A stretch of 54,975 nucleotides of DNA from an uncultured Candidatus Bathyarchaeia archaeon (lineage in GTDB: Archaea; Thermoproteota; Bathyarchaeia; 40CM-2-53-6; DTDX01). The stretch spans positions 1-54,975 of the forward strand of contig CAZSNM010000006.1 in the NCBI GenBank assembly GCA_964608455.1, read 5' to 3'. The notes under the pieces were generated by a model. The model had not been told where the DNA came from. It made no database searches and was given only the letters and a program-made list of their open reading frames with translations. The first letter of the stretch is position 1; each line of letters opens with the position of its first letter. Below are positions 1 through 8,467 of the stretch, in pieces. The position numbers and the translations under genes are program-made.

Positions 1-12
1 CGCCACGGGCCC
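1..12 (-). tRNA. 5' end of a tRNA gene, truncated by the window edge; isotype not determinable
   Basis: Reverse complement GGGCCCGTGGCG is a typical archaeal acceptor stem/U8/D-arm start. It is a GC island in AT-rich DNA, with a TTTTATAAA box at ~49-57 on the minus strand. Confidence 0.6.
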
Positions 13-114
13 TTTAAATTTTCCGATTTTATTTTTTGTTTTCACTGCTTTATAAAAGCTTTTATATTTGAAGGGAAGACATTTTTTTATTAATAGCGTT
101 TTTGGCAGAGTAAA

Positions 115-267
115 ATGAGAAAATGCGTAAGATGCGGTAGAAGATTAAGAAAAAGCGAGAAATTGAATATGTGCGAAAGTTGCAGAAAAGAAACCTTAAA
201 AAGGTTTTTGGCTAGTGTTTTACCTAATGTGGAAAGTTTACCTCGAAAAAAGAAGAAAACTACTTAA
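115..267 (+). CDS. small basic zinc-finger protein, 50 aa (MRKCVRCGRRL...MCESCRKE...KKKKTT)
   Basis: Translated by hand, below the ORF-track cutoff. Two CxxC pairs; TATA-like TTTTATAT at ~60-67. Confidence 0.65.
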   Translation: MRKCVRCGRRLRKSEKLNMCESCRKETLKRFLASVLPNVESLPRKKKKTT

Positions 268-808
268 AGTTTGTTTCTGGAAACCTCGTTAAAAGTGTAT
301 TATAAATTAGAAATCCACCGCCTAAACTTATTAAACCAGCAATAACATTAAAAATTGTTATAAAGGGTAGTAAAGCTAATGTGGCTTCAAAAGGCTTTTT
401 ATAAAATGCTGAGAGAACAATAAGATTTGCCACAATCATAACTATGCATCGAATAGATATTCCAAGAAATGATGCTGCAATTTTTTTAGGTTTGGGGGTT
501 TATAAGTTTTTTGAATTATTAATAAACCTGTTGCAGTTGCAAATTCAGCTAAAGCCTTCATAAAAGCGCTTATAACAGCTCCGCTTCTAAATGATATGGT
601 TAAAAAAGCAGTTATTGAAGTGATAAATGCTGAGTAAGATCCAATAGATTAACCATGCTAAAACAATTGGTATTCCATCTAAATCAAATTTAAGTGTTGG
701 AAAAAGCGGAAATGGAATTTTTATTTTTAAAGCCCAAAAACTTAAATCGAAAACGATGGTTAAAGCGCTTAAAACGCTTGTTTCAGCTATCCATTTTGCA
801 ACTTTTAA
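260..808 (-). pseudogene. ECF transporter S component (RibU/PanT-like), two frameshifts
   Basis: Hand translation gives KIPFPLFPTLKFDLDGIPIVLA.. then ..GSYSAFITSITAFL..AFMKALAEF.. then ..FLGISIRCIVMIVANL..FNVIAGLIS. Frame breaks at ~643 and in the C5/A7 runs at ~481-498. No canonical in-frame start. Confidence 0.7.
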
Positions 809-811
809 TGT

Positions 812-2125
812 TTAGCTTTTTAAAATTTTCTTTAAGGCTTGATGAAGTTCATTAATATTTGTTTTAAATTCCATTTTAGATTTCATTTCTTTAATTGTGA
901 CTTGATTATTAAGAAGATCTTTAACACCAATTATGATTACAATTGGAATCCCCATAGAGTTTGCATATTCAAGCTGCTGTTTTAAACTTTTATTTTTTAA
1001 ATCGAAATCGCATGAAAATCCTGTTTTTCTAAGCGAAGCAATAAGCTCTAATACTTTATTTTTAACTTCGCTTGTAGCAGCAGCTATAAATATTTCTGGT
1101 TGAAAAGATAAATTTGGAAATAAATTGTTTCTTTCCATGGATATCATAAGCCTTTCCATCCCGCCTGCTACTCCAGTTGCAGGAATATCTCTTCCATAAA
1201 TTTTGCATAATTTATCAAATCGGCCTCCTCCAAAAATTGCTCCTATATCTTCTCCACCTTTATCATAGGCTTCAAAAACTATTCCATCGTAGTAATCTAA
1301 GCCTCTAACTATGCTAAAATCTAAAATGCATTTATTGCTTTTATTTAATAAATTTAAATAGTTGAAAAGTTCATTTAATTCATTAAAGGATTTTATGCTT
1401 TCTTCAGTTTCTAAAGCTTCTTTAGGAAGTTGATTTAATATTTTTTCAGGTTTACCATTAAGCGAGACAAGCTCTAACACTTTATTTATTAATGATTCAT
1501 TTAAGCCAGCTTCTTTAAATTGATTTTCTATTTCAGTTTTCGATTTTTTTCTAAGCTTATCAATTATTCGCATAATTGTTAAGCTTTTTTCTTCATTTAA
1601 CCCAAGCTTTTTTAAAAAAGCATCCATAAATTTTCTGCTATTAATTTTTACTTCAAAATCTTTTAATCCAACTTCCTCAAGAACATCTATTCCAAAAGAT
1701 ATTACTTCAGCATCAGCTAGTGGACTTGAAGAACCATAAATTTCAGCATCCCATTGATAAAAATATCTATAACGCCCATATTGAGGTTCATCATAACGCC
1801 ACATTCCTCCTATAGCATAAAGCTTTATTGGTTCAGGTAAATCATATCTGCTAGCAACCATTCTAGTCATACCAACAGTTAAATCAAATCTTAATCCTAA
1901 ATCTCTTCCAGCTTTATCTTTAAAATAATAAATTTCATTTTTAATGTCTGGACCGCTTTTAGCTTCTAAAGTTTCTAAATATTCTATTGTAGCTGGCTCA
2001 ACCATTTGAAAACCATATAACTTAGCTACATTCATTATTTTATTAAATATCCAAAGTCTTTTAGCCATTTCCTCAGGAAATGCATCTCGTATTCCTCTTG
2101 GTAAACTAAATTTTCGTGGCAACAA
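812..2125 (-). CDS. hisS: histidyl-tRNA synthetase
   Basis: LRFDLT, WRYDEPQYGRYRYFYQ, RGLDYYDG, GGGRFD motifs; C-terminal anticodon-binding domain. Confidence 0.97.
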   Translation of the reverse strand: MLPRKFSLPRGIRDAFPEEMAKRLWIFNKIMNVAKLYGFQMVEPATIEYLETLEAKSGPDIKNEIYYFKDKAGRDLGLRFDLTVGMTRMVASRYDLPEPIKLYAIGGMWRYDEPQYGRYRYFYQWDAEIYGSSSPLADAEVISFGIDVLEEVGLKDFEVKINSRKFMDAFLKKLGLNEEKSLTIMRIIDKLRKKSKTEIENQFKEAGLNESLINKVLELVSLNGKPEKILNQLPKEALETEESIKSFNELNELFNYLNLLNKSNKCILDFSIVRGLDYYDGIVFEAYDKGGEDIGAIFGGGRFDKLCKIYGRDIPATGVAGGMERLMISMERNNLFPNLSFQPEIFIAAATSEVKNKVLELIASLRKTGFSCDFDLKNKSLKQQLEYANSMGIPIVIIIGVKDLLNNQVTIKEMKSKMEFKTNINELHQALKKILKS

Positions 2126-2650
2126 TTAACCCTTTCCTTTAAAATTTAAAAAGCTTAAAGTATAAAACACTATATCTGTACGCCTATCAATAACAGCTAA
2201 AATTAATTCTTTTCTTTCTTCTTCAGCAAAATTTAATAATGAAATTAATTTACCTATTGTTGTTTCCCTTCCTTCATGAATTATTGAAACTAAACGTCTT
2301 AAAGGTCCTTTACCATATACTTCAAAATCCATTTTTTTAGATTCCCTTACAATATAACCTTTTTCCCTTAAATCTCTATAAACCAAATATTTTATTAATT
2401 CCTCTTTTTTATTAGCTGATAACTTTTTTACTAATTCTCCTAAACCTAAAGGTTGCTTGGAGTTAAATTCATAAACTTTAATTTTTCCTTTTTCAACTAA
2501 ATAAAAAGCTTCATAAGGTTTTAAAAGCAATTCTTCATTTTTTAAATCGCCAAAACCTTTTTCTCTTAACTCTTTAACCTCTTCATTTAAAGGAAGAATG
2601 ACCTCTTTTTTTCTTAAATATCCTTGAATGGGTTCCTTAGGTTTTTCCAT
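2126..2650 (-). CDS. endA: tRNA-splicing endonuclease, structural (beta-type, non-catalytic) subunit
   Basis: LLKPYEAFYLVEKGKI and YLVYRDLREKGYIV match the EndA fold, with RKELILAVID near the C-terminus. The GxK(Y/F)G segment and catalytic His are not recognisable (ESKKMDFEVYGKGPLRRL). Confidence 0.8.
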   Translation of the reverse strand: MEKPKEPIQGYLRKKEVILPLNEEVKELREKGFGDLKNEELLLKPYEAFYLVEKGKIKVYEFNSKQPLGLGELVKKLSANKKEELIKYLVYRDLREKGYIVRESKKMDFEVYGKGPLRRLVSIIHEGRETTIGKLISLLNFAEEERKELILAVIDRRTDIVFYTLSFLNFKGKG

Positions 2651-2730
2651 AATGTTTAACCTGCCTTAAAGACTTAAATGCTAATTAATTTAGTTATAGA
2701 TTTAATATGAAAATTTTAAGGTGAATGAAA

Positions 2731-3793
2731 ATGAAAAACTTTTTTTCTTTAAAAACTTTGCGATTTGAAAAAGGAAAGCTTTATGCTATAGATCAAAGAT
2801 TGCTTCCAAAAAAACTGGTTTTCATTAAACTTTCTACATGTAATGAAGTGGTTGAAGCTATTAAAAAAATGGTTATTAGGGGGGCGCCAGCTATAGGGGT
2901 TGCTGCAGCAATGGGTTTGGCTTTAACAGCTTATAAACATCGAGGTGAAAAAAGAGAGAAAATTTTAAAAGAGCTTATTAAAGCTAAAAGAAAAATTGAA
3001 TCTTCTAGGCCAACAGCTGTAAACCTTTTTTGGGCTTTAAACCGAGTAATGAAGAAAGCTGAAGAAAGCGGAGAAAAAATTGTTGAAGCTGTAATTGATG
3101 AAGCTAATAAAATTGCTCAAGAAGATTTTGAAGTAAATCGTAAACTTGGAGAGATTGGCGCTTCATTAATTAGTGATGAAGATTCAATTTTAACGCACTG
3201 CAAACAGCTCTTTTAAGAGCTGGCAGAATGCTGGAGCTTTGGCCACAGTTGGTTATGGAACAGCTTTAGGTGTAATTAGAGCAGCTATAGAAAAAGGAAA
3301 ACATGTTAAGGTTTACGCTACAGAAACTAGGCCGAAACTTCAAGGAGCTCGACTTACAGTTTTTGAGCTTATGAAAGATAAAATTCCTGTAACTTTAATT
3401 ACAGATAATATGGTAGGCTATGTTTTTCAAAAAAAACTTGTAAATAAAGTTATTGTTGGAGCAGATAGAATTTTAAGCGATGGTCATGTAATAAATAAAA
3501 TTGGAACTTTAACAATAGCTGTTTTAGCTAAATATTTTAATATACCTTTTTATGTAGTAGCACCTTCATCAACATTAGATTTAGAAAGTAAACTTGAAGA
3601 AGTTAAAATAGAGGAAAGAAGTGCAAATGAAGTAAGGAAAATAAATAATCTTTATATAACTGTTCCTAAAGTTAAAGTTTTAAATCCAGCTTTTGATGTT
3701 ACTCCACCTGAGCTTGTAACAGCCATAATTACTGAAAAAGCTATTTTAAAACAGCCCTATAGCGAGTCTATAGCAAAATTTTTTAAAGTTTAA
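2731..3793 (+). CDS. mtnA: S-methyl-5-thioribose-1-phosphate isomerase, intron-containing: join(2731..3203,3229..3793), 345 aa
   Basis: [63 protein letters not shown] motifs. RBS GGTGA 6 nt before ATG 2731. The two ORF-track pieces join in frame when 25 nt are removed. Confidence 0.92.
3204..3228 (+). other. candidate bulge-helix-bulge(-loop) intron in mtnA mRNA (25 nt, ACAGCTCTTTTAAGAGCTGGCAGAA)
   Basis: Central 4-bp helix CTGC(3198-3201)/GCAG(3223-3226); bulges AAA(3202-04) and AAT(3227-29); intron hairpin CAGCTCT(T)..(A)AGAGCTG. Cutting after the 2nd nt of each bulge gives TGC AAT GCT = C-N-A. Confidence 0.85.
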
Positions 3794-4536
3794 GTTTTTT
3801 TCCTTGGAATTTGAAGAACAACTTCAATTGGGCAATTGATAATTTCCCCTATTTTACTTTTCCATTCATCTCCAATAGCTATTAAAGCATAAATTCCAGT
3901 TACTTCAGCTTTAGCTTTTTGAACAATTTTAACTAAAGCTTTTTGGGTTTCACCGCTATCTATTACATCATCAACAATTAAAACACAATCACCTTTTTTA
4001 ATGCTTCCTTTAGGTACATATAAGCTTACCATAACAGCTGTTTTTTGAGGAATAAAAATCTCTTCTATAAAATCTTTAACTCCAACTTCTCTTTCTTTTT
4101 TAGCTATAACAAGGTTTACACCAAGCCTATAAGCTAAAAGTGTAGCTAAAGGCACTCCATCAACTGCAGCTGTTACAATTTTAGTAATTCTTTTACCAGC
4201 AAACTTATTTATGCCATATTGAACAGCTCTTCCTAAAAGTATTGGATCAGAAATAACTTCAGTGTTATCAAAATAGCCTGAATCATCAAAAGCTATTCTT
4301 TTTTCTAATTCCATATCTAAACGCAAAACATTTTGAAGGAGGGAATTTATGGATTCAGCTCTTTTAATTGTTGGTAGAACATGCCCTTTAATATATCTGC
4401 TTAAAACAGTTTCAGGTAAACCTATTATTTGAGAAAGTTCACGATAAGTATAATAATTTTTAGCTAAATTAAGCAATTCTATTGTAGCCAATTTATATTT
4501 TAACTCAAGAATTCTGGAGCCTGATTCTCCCTTCAT
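3790..4536 (-). CDS. HTH-containing purine phosphoribosyltransferase-family protein (archaeal PurR-like)
   Basis: N-terminal HTH YTYRELSQIIGLPETVLSRYIKGHVLP plus PRPP-binding VLIVDDVIDSGET. Confidence 0.85.
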   Translation of the reverse strand: MKGESGSRILELKYKLATIELLNLAKNYYTYRELSQIIGLPETVLSRYIKGHVLPTIKRAESINSLLQNVLRLDMELEKRIAFDDSGYFDNTEVISDPILLGRAVQYGINKFAGKRITKIVTAAVDGVPLATLLAYRLGVNLVIAKKEREVGVKDFIEEIFIPQKTAVMVSLYVPKGSIKKGDCVLIVDDVIDSGETQKALVKIVQKAKAEVTGIYALIAIGDEWKSKIGEIINCPIEVVLQIPRKKT

Positions 4537-4603
4537 ATTTTTACCAACCTTTTTATAAACTAAAATTTATTAAATCAAAAATTTACATGCCTAAATAAAA
4601 ATA

Positions 4604-5047
4604 TTAGGTTTTTTCATGCCTTAAACTTTTCATAATACCTTTACTATTTTGATATTTACCTGAATAAGGTTTTTCAGCTTTTTCCTGAAGTTGAATAAAT
4701 GTTATTTGAAGAAATGGTTCTCCTTGAGAAATTTTAATTTCATTTAATGAAGTATTAAAAAGAGAGACAGTAAGCTGTCCTTTAAAACCTGGATCGACCA
4801 AAGCTAAACCTGCTATTAAACCTTCCCTAATAAAAGATGAACGTAAATGCAGAAAACCAGCTATATTAGCTGGAAGCTCAATTCTTTCTAAAGTTGAAAT
4901 AAGCTTTTGTTCTTTAGGGTTAATTAAAAGATCTATGCTTGAGCATAAATCGTAACCTGCTGGATTTAAACATTCAATTTTAAAGGGTGAAATAATTAAT
5001 TCCCCGGTTTCAACCATTTTTTTAATTTTTAAATCTGGTAAAATCAA
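4604..5047 (-). CDS. dcd: dCTP deaminase / trimeric dUTPase family
   Basis: NPAGYDL, LRSSFIREG, VDPGFKGQLT, YSGKYQ motifs. Confidence 0.9.
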   Translation of the reverse strand: MILPDLKIKKMVETGELIISPFKIECLNPAGYDLCSSIDLLINPKEQKLISTLERIELPANIAGFLHLRSSFIREGLIAGLALVDPGFKGQLTVSLFNTSLNEIKISQGEPFLQITFIQLQEKAEKPYSGKYQNSKGIMKSLRHEKT

Positions 5048-5123
5048 AGTTTAGAAGCTCCTTTAAGCAAGATTATCTAAAAACTTTTTGTTAAAGAGAT
5101 TTTTAAATTTTTATGGAGGAAAA

Positions 5124-6407
5124 ATGTTGCTTAAAGAAATTTTTGTAATAGATTGTCAATTGGCTGGAGTATCAGGCGATATGCTTGCAGCTGCTCTTTT
5201 GGATTTAGGAGCTAATGAAGAAAAAGTTATTGAAGCTATGGAAAGCGTTAAAAACTTTATTGATGGATGCAAAAAATTGAAGGTTTCAGTTATTGAAGTT
5301 TTAACTCATGGTATAAAAGCTAAAAAACTTCTTATAGAATTTGATGAGGAAAAAAACTCAAGATTTGGAAAAGAGATTTTTAAAGCTGTAAAAAAATGTG
5401 TTTCTGAATTAAAATTTTCTAAGGAAGCTGAAGAATTTGCTTTAAACTCTATTAAAACTTTAATTGAGGCTGAAGCTGAAATTCATGGAGGAAATTTTGA
5501 GAATGTAGAATTGCATGAATCTGGTTCAATAGATACATTAGTTGATATTATAGGTGTGGCTAAAGCAGCTGAAGACTTAAATTTATTTAAAAAAACAGTT
5601 TATGCTACTCCAGTAGCCGTAGGAAGGGGCTTAATTAAATTTTCCCATGGAATTTTTTCAACTCCAGCTCCAGCTACATTAGAAATTTTAAAAAAAAGAA
5701 AATTTAGATTTTTAGGTGGATTTATTGATGAAGAATTAACAACGCCTACTGGTGCAGCATTATTAACAAATTTAGCTTCAACATCTTTATCTTCCTTTCC
5801 ATTAATGATTCCAATAAAAATAGGTTATGGTTCCGGATCTAAAAAGTTTAAGGAGGCGCCAAATATTTTACGGGTAGTTAAAGGTGAAATAGAAGATAAT
5901 TCATATATTGATTTAATCTATGTTTTAGAAACAAACTTGGATGATGTTTCTGGAGAAATAGTTGGTTATGTGATAGAAAGGTTAATGAATGAAGGGGCTA
6001 AAGATGCATGTGTAATTCCCATGTTTACAAAAAAGAATCGTCCAGGATACATTCTTAAAGTTATTTCAGATGAAAAACATGTAAATAAGTTAATTTCAAT
6101 AATAATGAATGAAACTGGAACATTAGGAGTAAGAGTACAACCATGCATTAGACATTTAGCCCTAAGAAATAAAACTATTGTAAAAATTAAGTTAAATCAA
6201 AATATTGAGGAAAAAATATCATTAAAAATTTCAAGAAATAAAGAGAATGAAATAATTCAGATCAAACCAGAATATGAGGAGGCTAAAAAAATAGCATCTA
6301 AAATAAATATGCCTTTAAAAAATGTTTATTTTAAGGCAATTAAAGAGGCTGAAAAATTTTTAAATAAATTTGGGAGGCGAAAAGCGGGAAGCCAACGTTC
6401 ATGGTGA
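5124..6407 (+). CDS. larC: nickel pincer cofactor biosynthesis protein LarC
   Basis: GVSGDM, EAEIHG, LHESGSIDTLVDI, PAPATLEIL, TTPTGAA, ETNLDD, ETGTLGVR, KPEYE. Start moved to ATG 5124 behind GGAGG. Confidence 0.92.
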   Translation: MLLKEIFVIDCQLAGVSGDMLAAALLDLGANEEKVIEAMESVKNFIDGCKKLKVSVIEVLTHGIKAKKLLIEFDEEKNSRFGKEIFKAVKKCVSELKFSKEAEEFALNSIKTLIEAEAEIHGGNFENVELHESGSIDTLVDIIGVAKAAEDLNLFKKTVYATPVAVGRGLIKFSHGIFSTPAPATLEILKKRKFRFLGGFIDEELTTPTGAALLTNLASTSLSSFPLMIPIKIGYGSGSKKFKEAPNILRVVKGEIEDNSYIDLIYVLETNLDDVSGEIVGYVIERLMNEGAKDACVIPMFTKKNRPGYILKVISDEKHVNKLISIIMNETGTLGVRVQPCIRHLALRNKTIVKIKLNQNIEEKISLKISRNKENEIIQIKPEYEEAKKIASKINMPLKNVYFKAIKEAEKFLNKFGRRKAGSQRSW

Positions 6408-6451
6408 TTGGGATTACCTCCCATAAGGTTAGCTTCCCGCAGCCTTTCCCC
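6372..6451 (-). ncRNA. candidate structured small RNA (~80-nt long hairpin), family unknown
   Basis: GC-rich island. Minus strand pairs GCGGGAAGCUAAC/GUUGGCUUCCCGC and UUAUGG/CCAUGA with G-U wobbles that would be mismatches on plus. BRE/TATA GAAAAAATTTTTTAAG ~27-40 nt upstream. Confidence 0.6.
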
Positions 6452-6672
6452 TTTAAAAAAGAATTTTTATTTCTTGCTTAAAAAATTTTTTCTTTAAACA
6501 ACTTTTAAATCTTATGAATTTTCTAAAAACCTTTTTTAAACAAACATTTAAACCTTAAATTTAAAAACAATGAATTTAATTTAAATTTTCATTTAATTCA
6601 TTTAAGAATATAATAGGCGTAAAAATAACATTTTTATAACCCCTTATTGAATCTATTATCTGGTGAATAAAA

Positions 6673-6996
6673 ATGGGTGGAACAAAAAAGAAGACAGTAT
6701 CCCAAATGAAGAAGGAAGAAGAGAGAAGAAGAGAAGAAGCTGAAAAAAAGAGGGTTAAACAAGTTATAGAAAAAAAGGAGAGGAATGCCTTTTACACTGA
6801 AGCTCCTGAAACAGCGCTTAAAGAACTTTCTAAACTGGATGTTTTAACACCTTATACAGTAGCTTCACAACTTAACTTAAGGTTGAGTGCAGCTAAAAAT
6901 TTGCTTAAAGAACTTGAGGCTAAAAAAATTGTTCAAATGCTTCAAGGAAACAATAGGATTAAAATTTATAAGTTTATCGCACCATTAACATCTTAA
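6673..6996 (+). CDS. rps25e: 30S ribosomal protein S25e
   Basis: MGGTKKK start, VLTPYTVASQLNLRLSAAKNLLKEL winged helix, RBS GGTGA. Confidence 0.92.
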   Translation: MGGTKKKTVSQMKKEEERRREEAEKKRVKQVIEKKERNAFYTEAPETALKELSKLDVLTPYTVASQLNLRLSAAKNLLKELEAKKIVQMLQGNNRIKIYKFIAPLTS

Positions 6997-7362
6997 TAAG
7001 GTTATTTTCACTCCCTCTTTAACCTGCTTAAAGATTTCCAGATTTTCAATAATTTTTCCTATAAGGTTTACTGAGCTATAAGGTTGAGATTTTCCATAAA
7101 AAACGCATATAGCTGAACCTAAAGGCCAATAACCTATATCCCCAGTTTCAACCTTATTTTTAGGCTTTTCGCTCCCAACTTTCACTGGAACCCTAAAATA
7201 AATTTCTTCCTTCCAAATAGCAGCATAACTTTCAATTGGTAAAACCTTTAAAATCGCTTCAACAGTTTTTGGAGCTAAAAACTTTTTTAACTCCCCTTTA
7301 GCTTCACCTAAACCCTCAATAACAAACTTTACTAAAACTCTAGCTTCATTCATTAGAACCAC
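6985..7362 (-). CDS. cyclophilin-like fold protein
   Basis: APKTVEAILKVLP, WKEEIYF, GDIGYWPLGSAICVFYG motifs. Confidence 0.8.
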   Translation of the reverse strand: MVLMNEARVLVKFVIEGLGEAKGELKKFLAPKTVEAILKVLPIESYAAIWKEEIYFRVPVKVGSEKPKNKVETGDIGYWPLGSAICVFYGKSQPYSSVNLIGKIIENLEIFKQVKEGVKITLLRC

Positions 7363-7513
7363 TTGATTTTTTTAAAAATAAAATATAGTGAATAAAATAA
7401 ACATAAACTATAACCATATTTATTTTTTATCCACTTTATTCTGCAATAAAGAATGATTTTCGGTTTTTAATAGAAGTAAAAGTTTTGAAGAATGAGGAGT
7501 TCTCTAAGTTTTA

Positions 7514-8290
7514 TTAAATAATTTTCATTAATTCACGTAGATTGTAAAGGCTTTCAATCATATCGTTATGGTTGTGGGCTTCAATAATTAATGATCCGTT
7601 GTAATCAATTTCTTTTAATGAAGCTAATATTTCTTTGAAGTTTATTTTTCCTTTTCCTAATGGTAAGTGCTCATCTTTATCGCCATTATTATCATGTATA
7701 TGAATGTTAATTATTTTGTAGTTAAGGTTTTTTATGAATTCTATTGGGTTGCTGAAAGTGTTGGCGTGGCCAATATCTAATGTTGCTTTGCATCCAACTT
7801 TATTAAGCATTTCTTGAAAGGAATTTAAATCTCCAGCTAAAGAGGGACTGAAAGCTTTTCTATCATTTTCAAGAGTAAATAGGACTCCCAAGTTTTCTGA
7901 GGTTTTAAAAAGCTTTTTTAAAGATTCTATTGTTTCATTTTTAACTTTAGGTAATAAAGTTTCAGGGTAAACTCTGTTAAGTCTTCCAGCATGACATACA
8001 ACTATTTCAGCATTAACTTTTTTAGCTAAAAATATTGAGTTAAACAATATTTTTTCAAAATTTTTACGCAAATCTTTATGGGGTGTTCCAAGATTAACAT
8101 CAACAACAGGTAGATGAAAGCTTAATTTAAAGTTGAAATCATTAAATTTTCTTTTATTTAAAAGGAAATTTTTAAATCTTAAATCATCTAGTTTAATTTC
8201 AACTCTGTTTACTTCAAGTTTTTTCGCTAACTTAAAGAATTCTAGTGGGTTTAAATTAAATAATGGATGATTTGATACGCCTATTTCCAT
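7514..8290 (-). CDS. sugar phosphate isomerase/epimerase (xylose isomerase-like TIM barrel)
   Basis: SFHLP, TLEN, TLDIGHA, HIHDNNG..DEHLPLGKG, IIE metal-binding motifs. Confidence 0.85.
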   Translation of the reverse strand: MEIGVSNHPLFNLNPLEFFKLAKKLEVNRVEIKLDDLRFKNFLLNKRKFNDFNFKLSFHLPVVDVNLGTPHKDLRKNFEKILFNSIFLAKKVNAEIVVCHAGRLNRVYPETLLPKVKNETIESLKKLFKTSENLGVLFTLENDRKAFSPSLAGDLNSFQEMLNKVGCKATLDIGHANTFSNPIEFIKNLNYKIINIHIHDNNGDKDEHLPLGKGKINFKEILASLKEIDYNGSLIIEAHNHNDMIESLYNLRELMKII

Positions 8291-8318
8291 GGTTGCTTAA
8301 CCCCACGTAATGATTGTT

Positions 8319-8462
8319 TTAAACATTAATGAAAATCAACATTATAATTAACATTGCAATAAGTAAAAGTATGAATGGTAAAAGGGTTGTTTGTAAAGCT
8401 GCAATAATTATAGCTAAATAATCTTTCCAGTTTAATTTTTCCTTTTCTTCATTATTGTTCAA
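8319..8462 (-). CDS. small membrane protein, 47 aa (MNNNEEKEKLNWKDYLAIIIAALQTTLLPFILLLIAMLIIMLIFINV)
   Basis: Hand translation; TTG start 5 nt after the oppF stop; fills the operon gap; long hydrophobic stretch. Confidence 0.6.
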   Translation of the reverse strand: MNNNEEKEKLNWKDYLAIIIAALQTTLLPFILLLIAMLIIMLIFINV

Positions 8463-8467
8463 TATTT

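Noticed and set aside
2725..3793. mtnA as a pseudogene, as two separate genes, or as a programmed frameshift
   Set aside because: A 1-nt slip cannot restore THCNAG because 25 extra nt must be removed. Both halves are otherwise intact and the insert has splice-motif geometry.
6372..6451. Hairpin as a larC terminator, TPP riboswitch, H/ACA or C/D RNA, or tRNA
   Set aside because: It overlaps the larC coding frame and the wobble pairs favour the opposite strand. No CUGAGA, C/D boxes, K-turn or cloverleaf was found. Kept only as an unclassified RNA.
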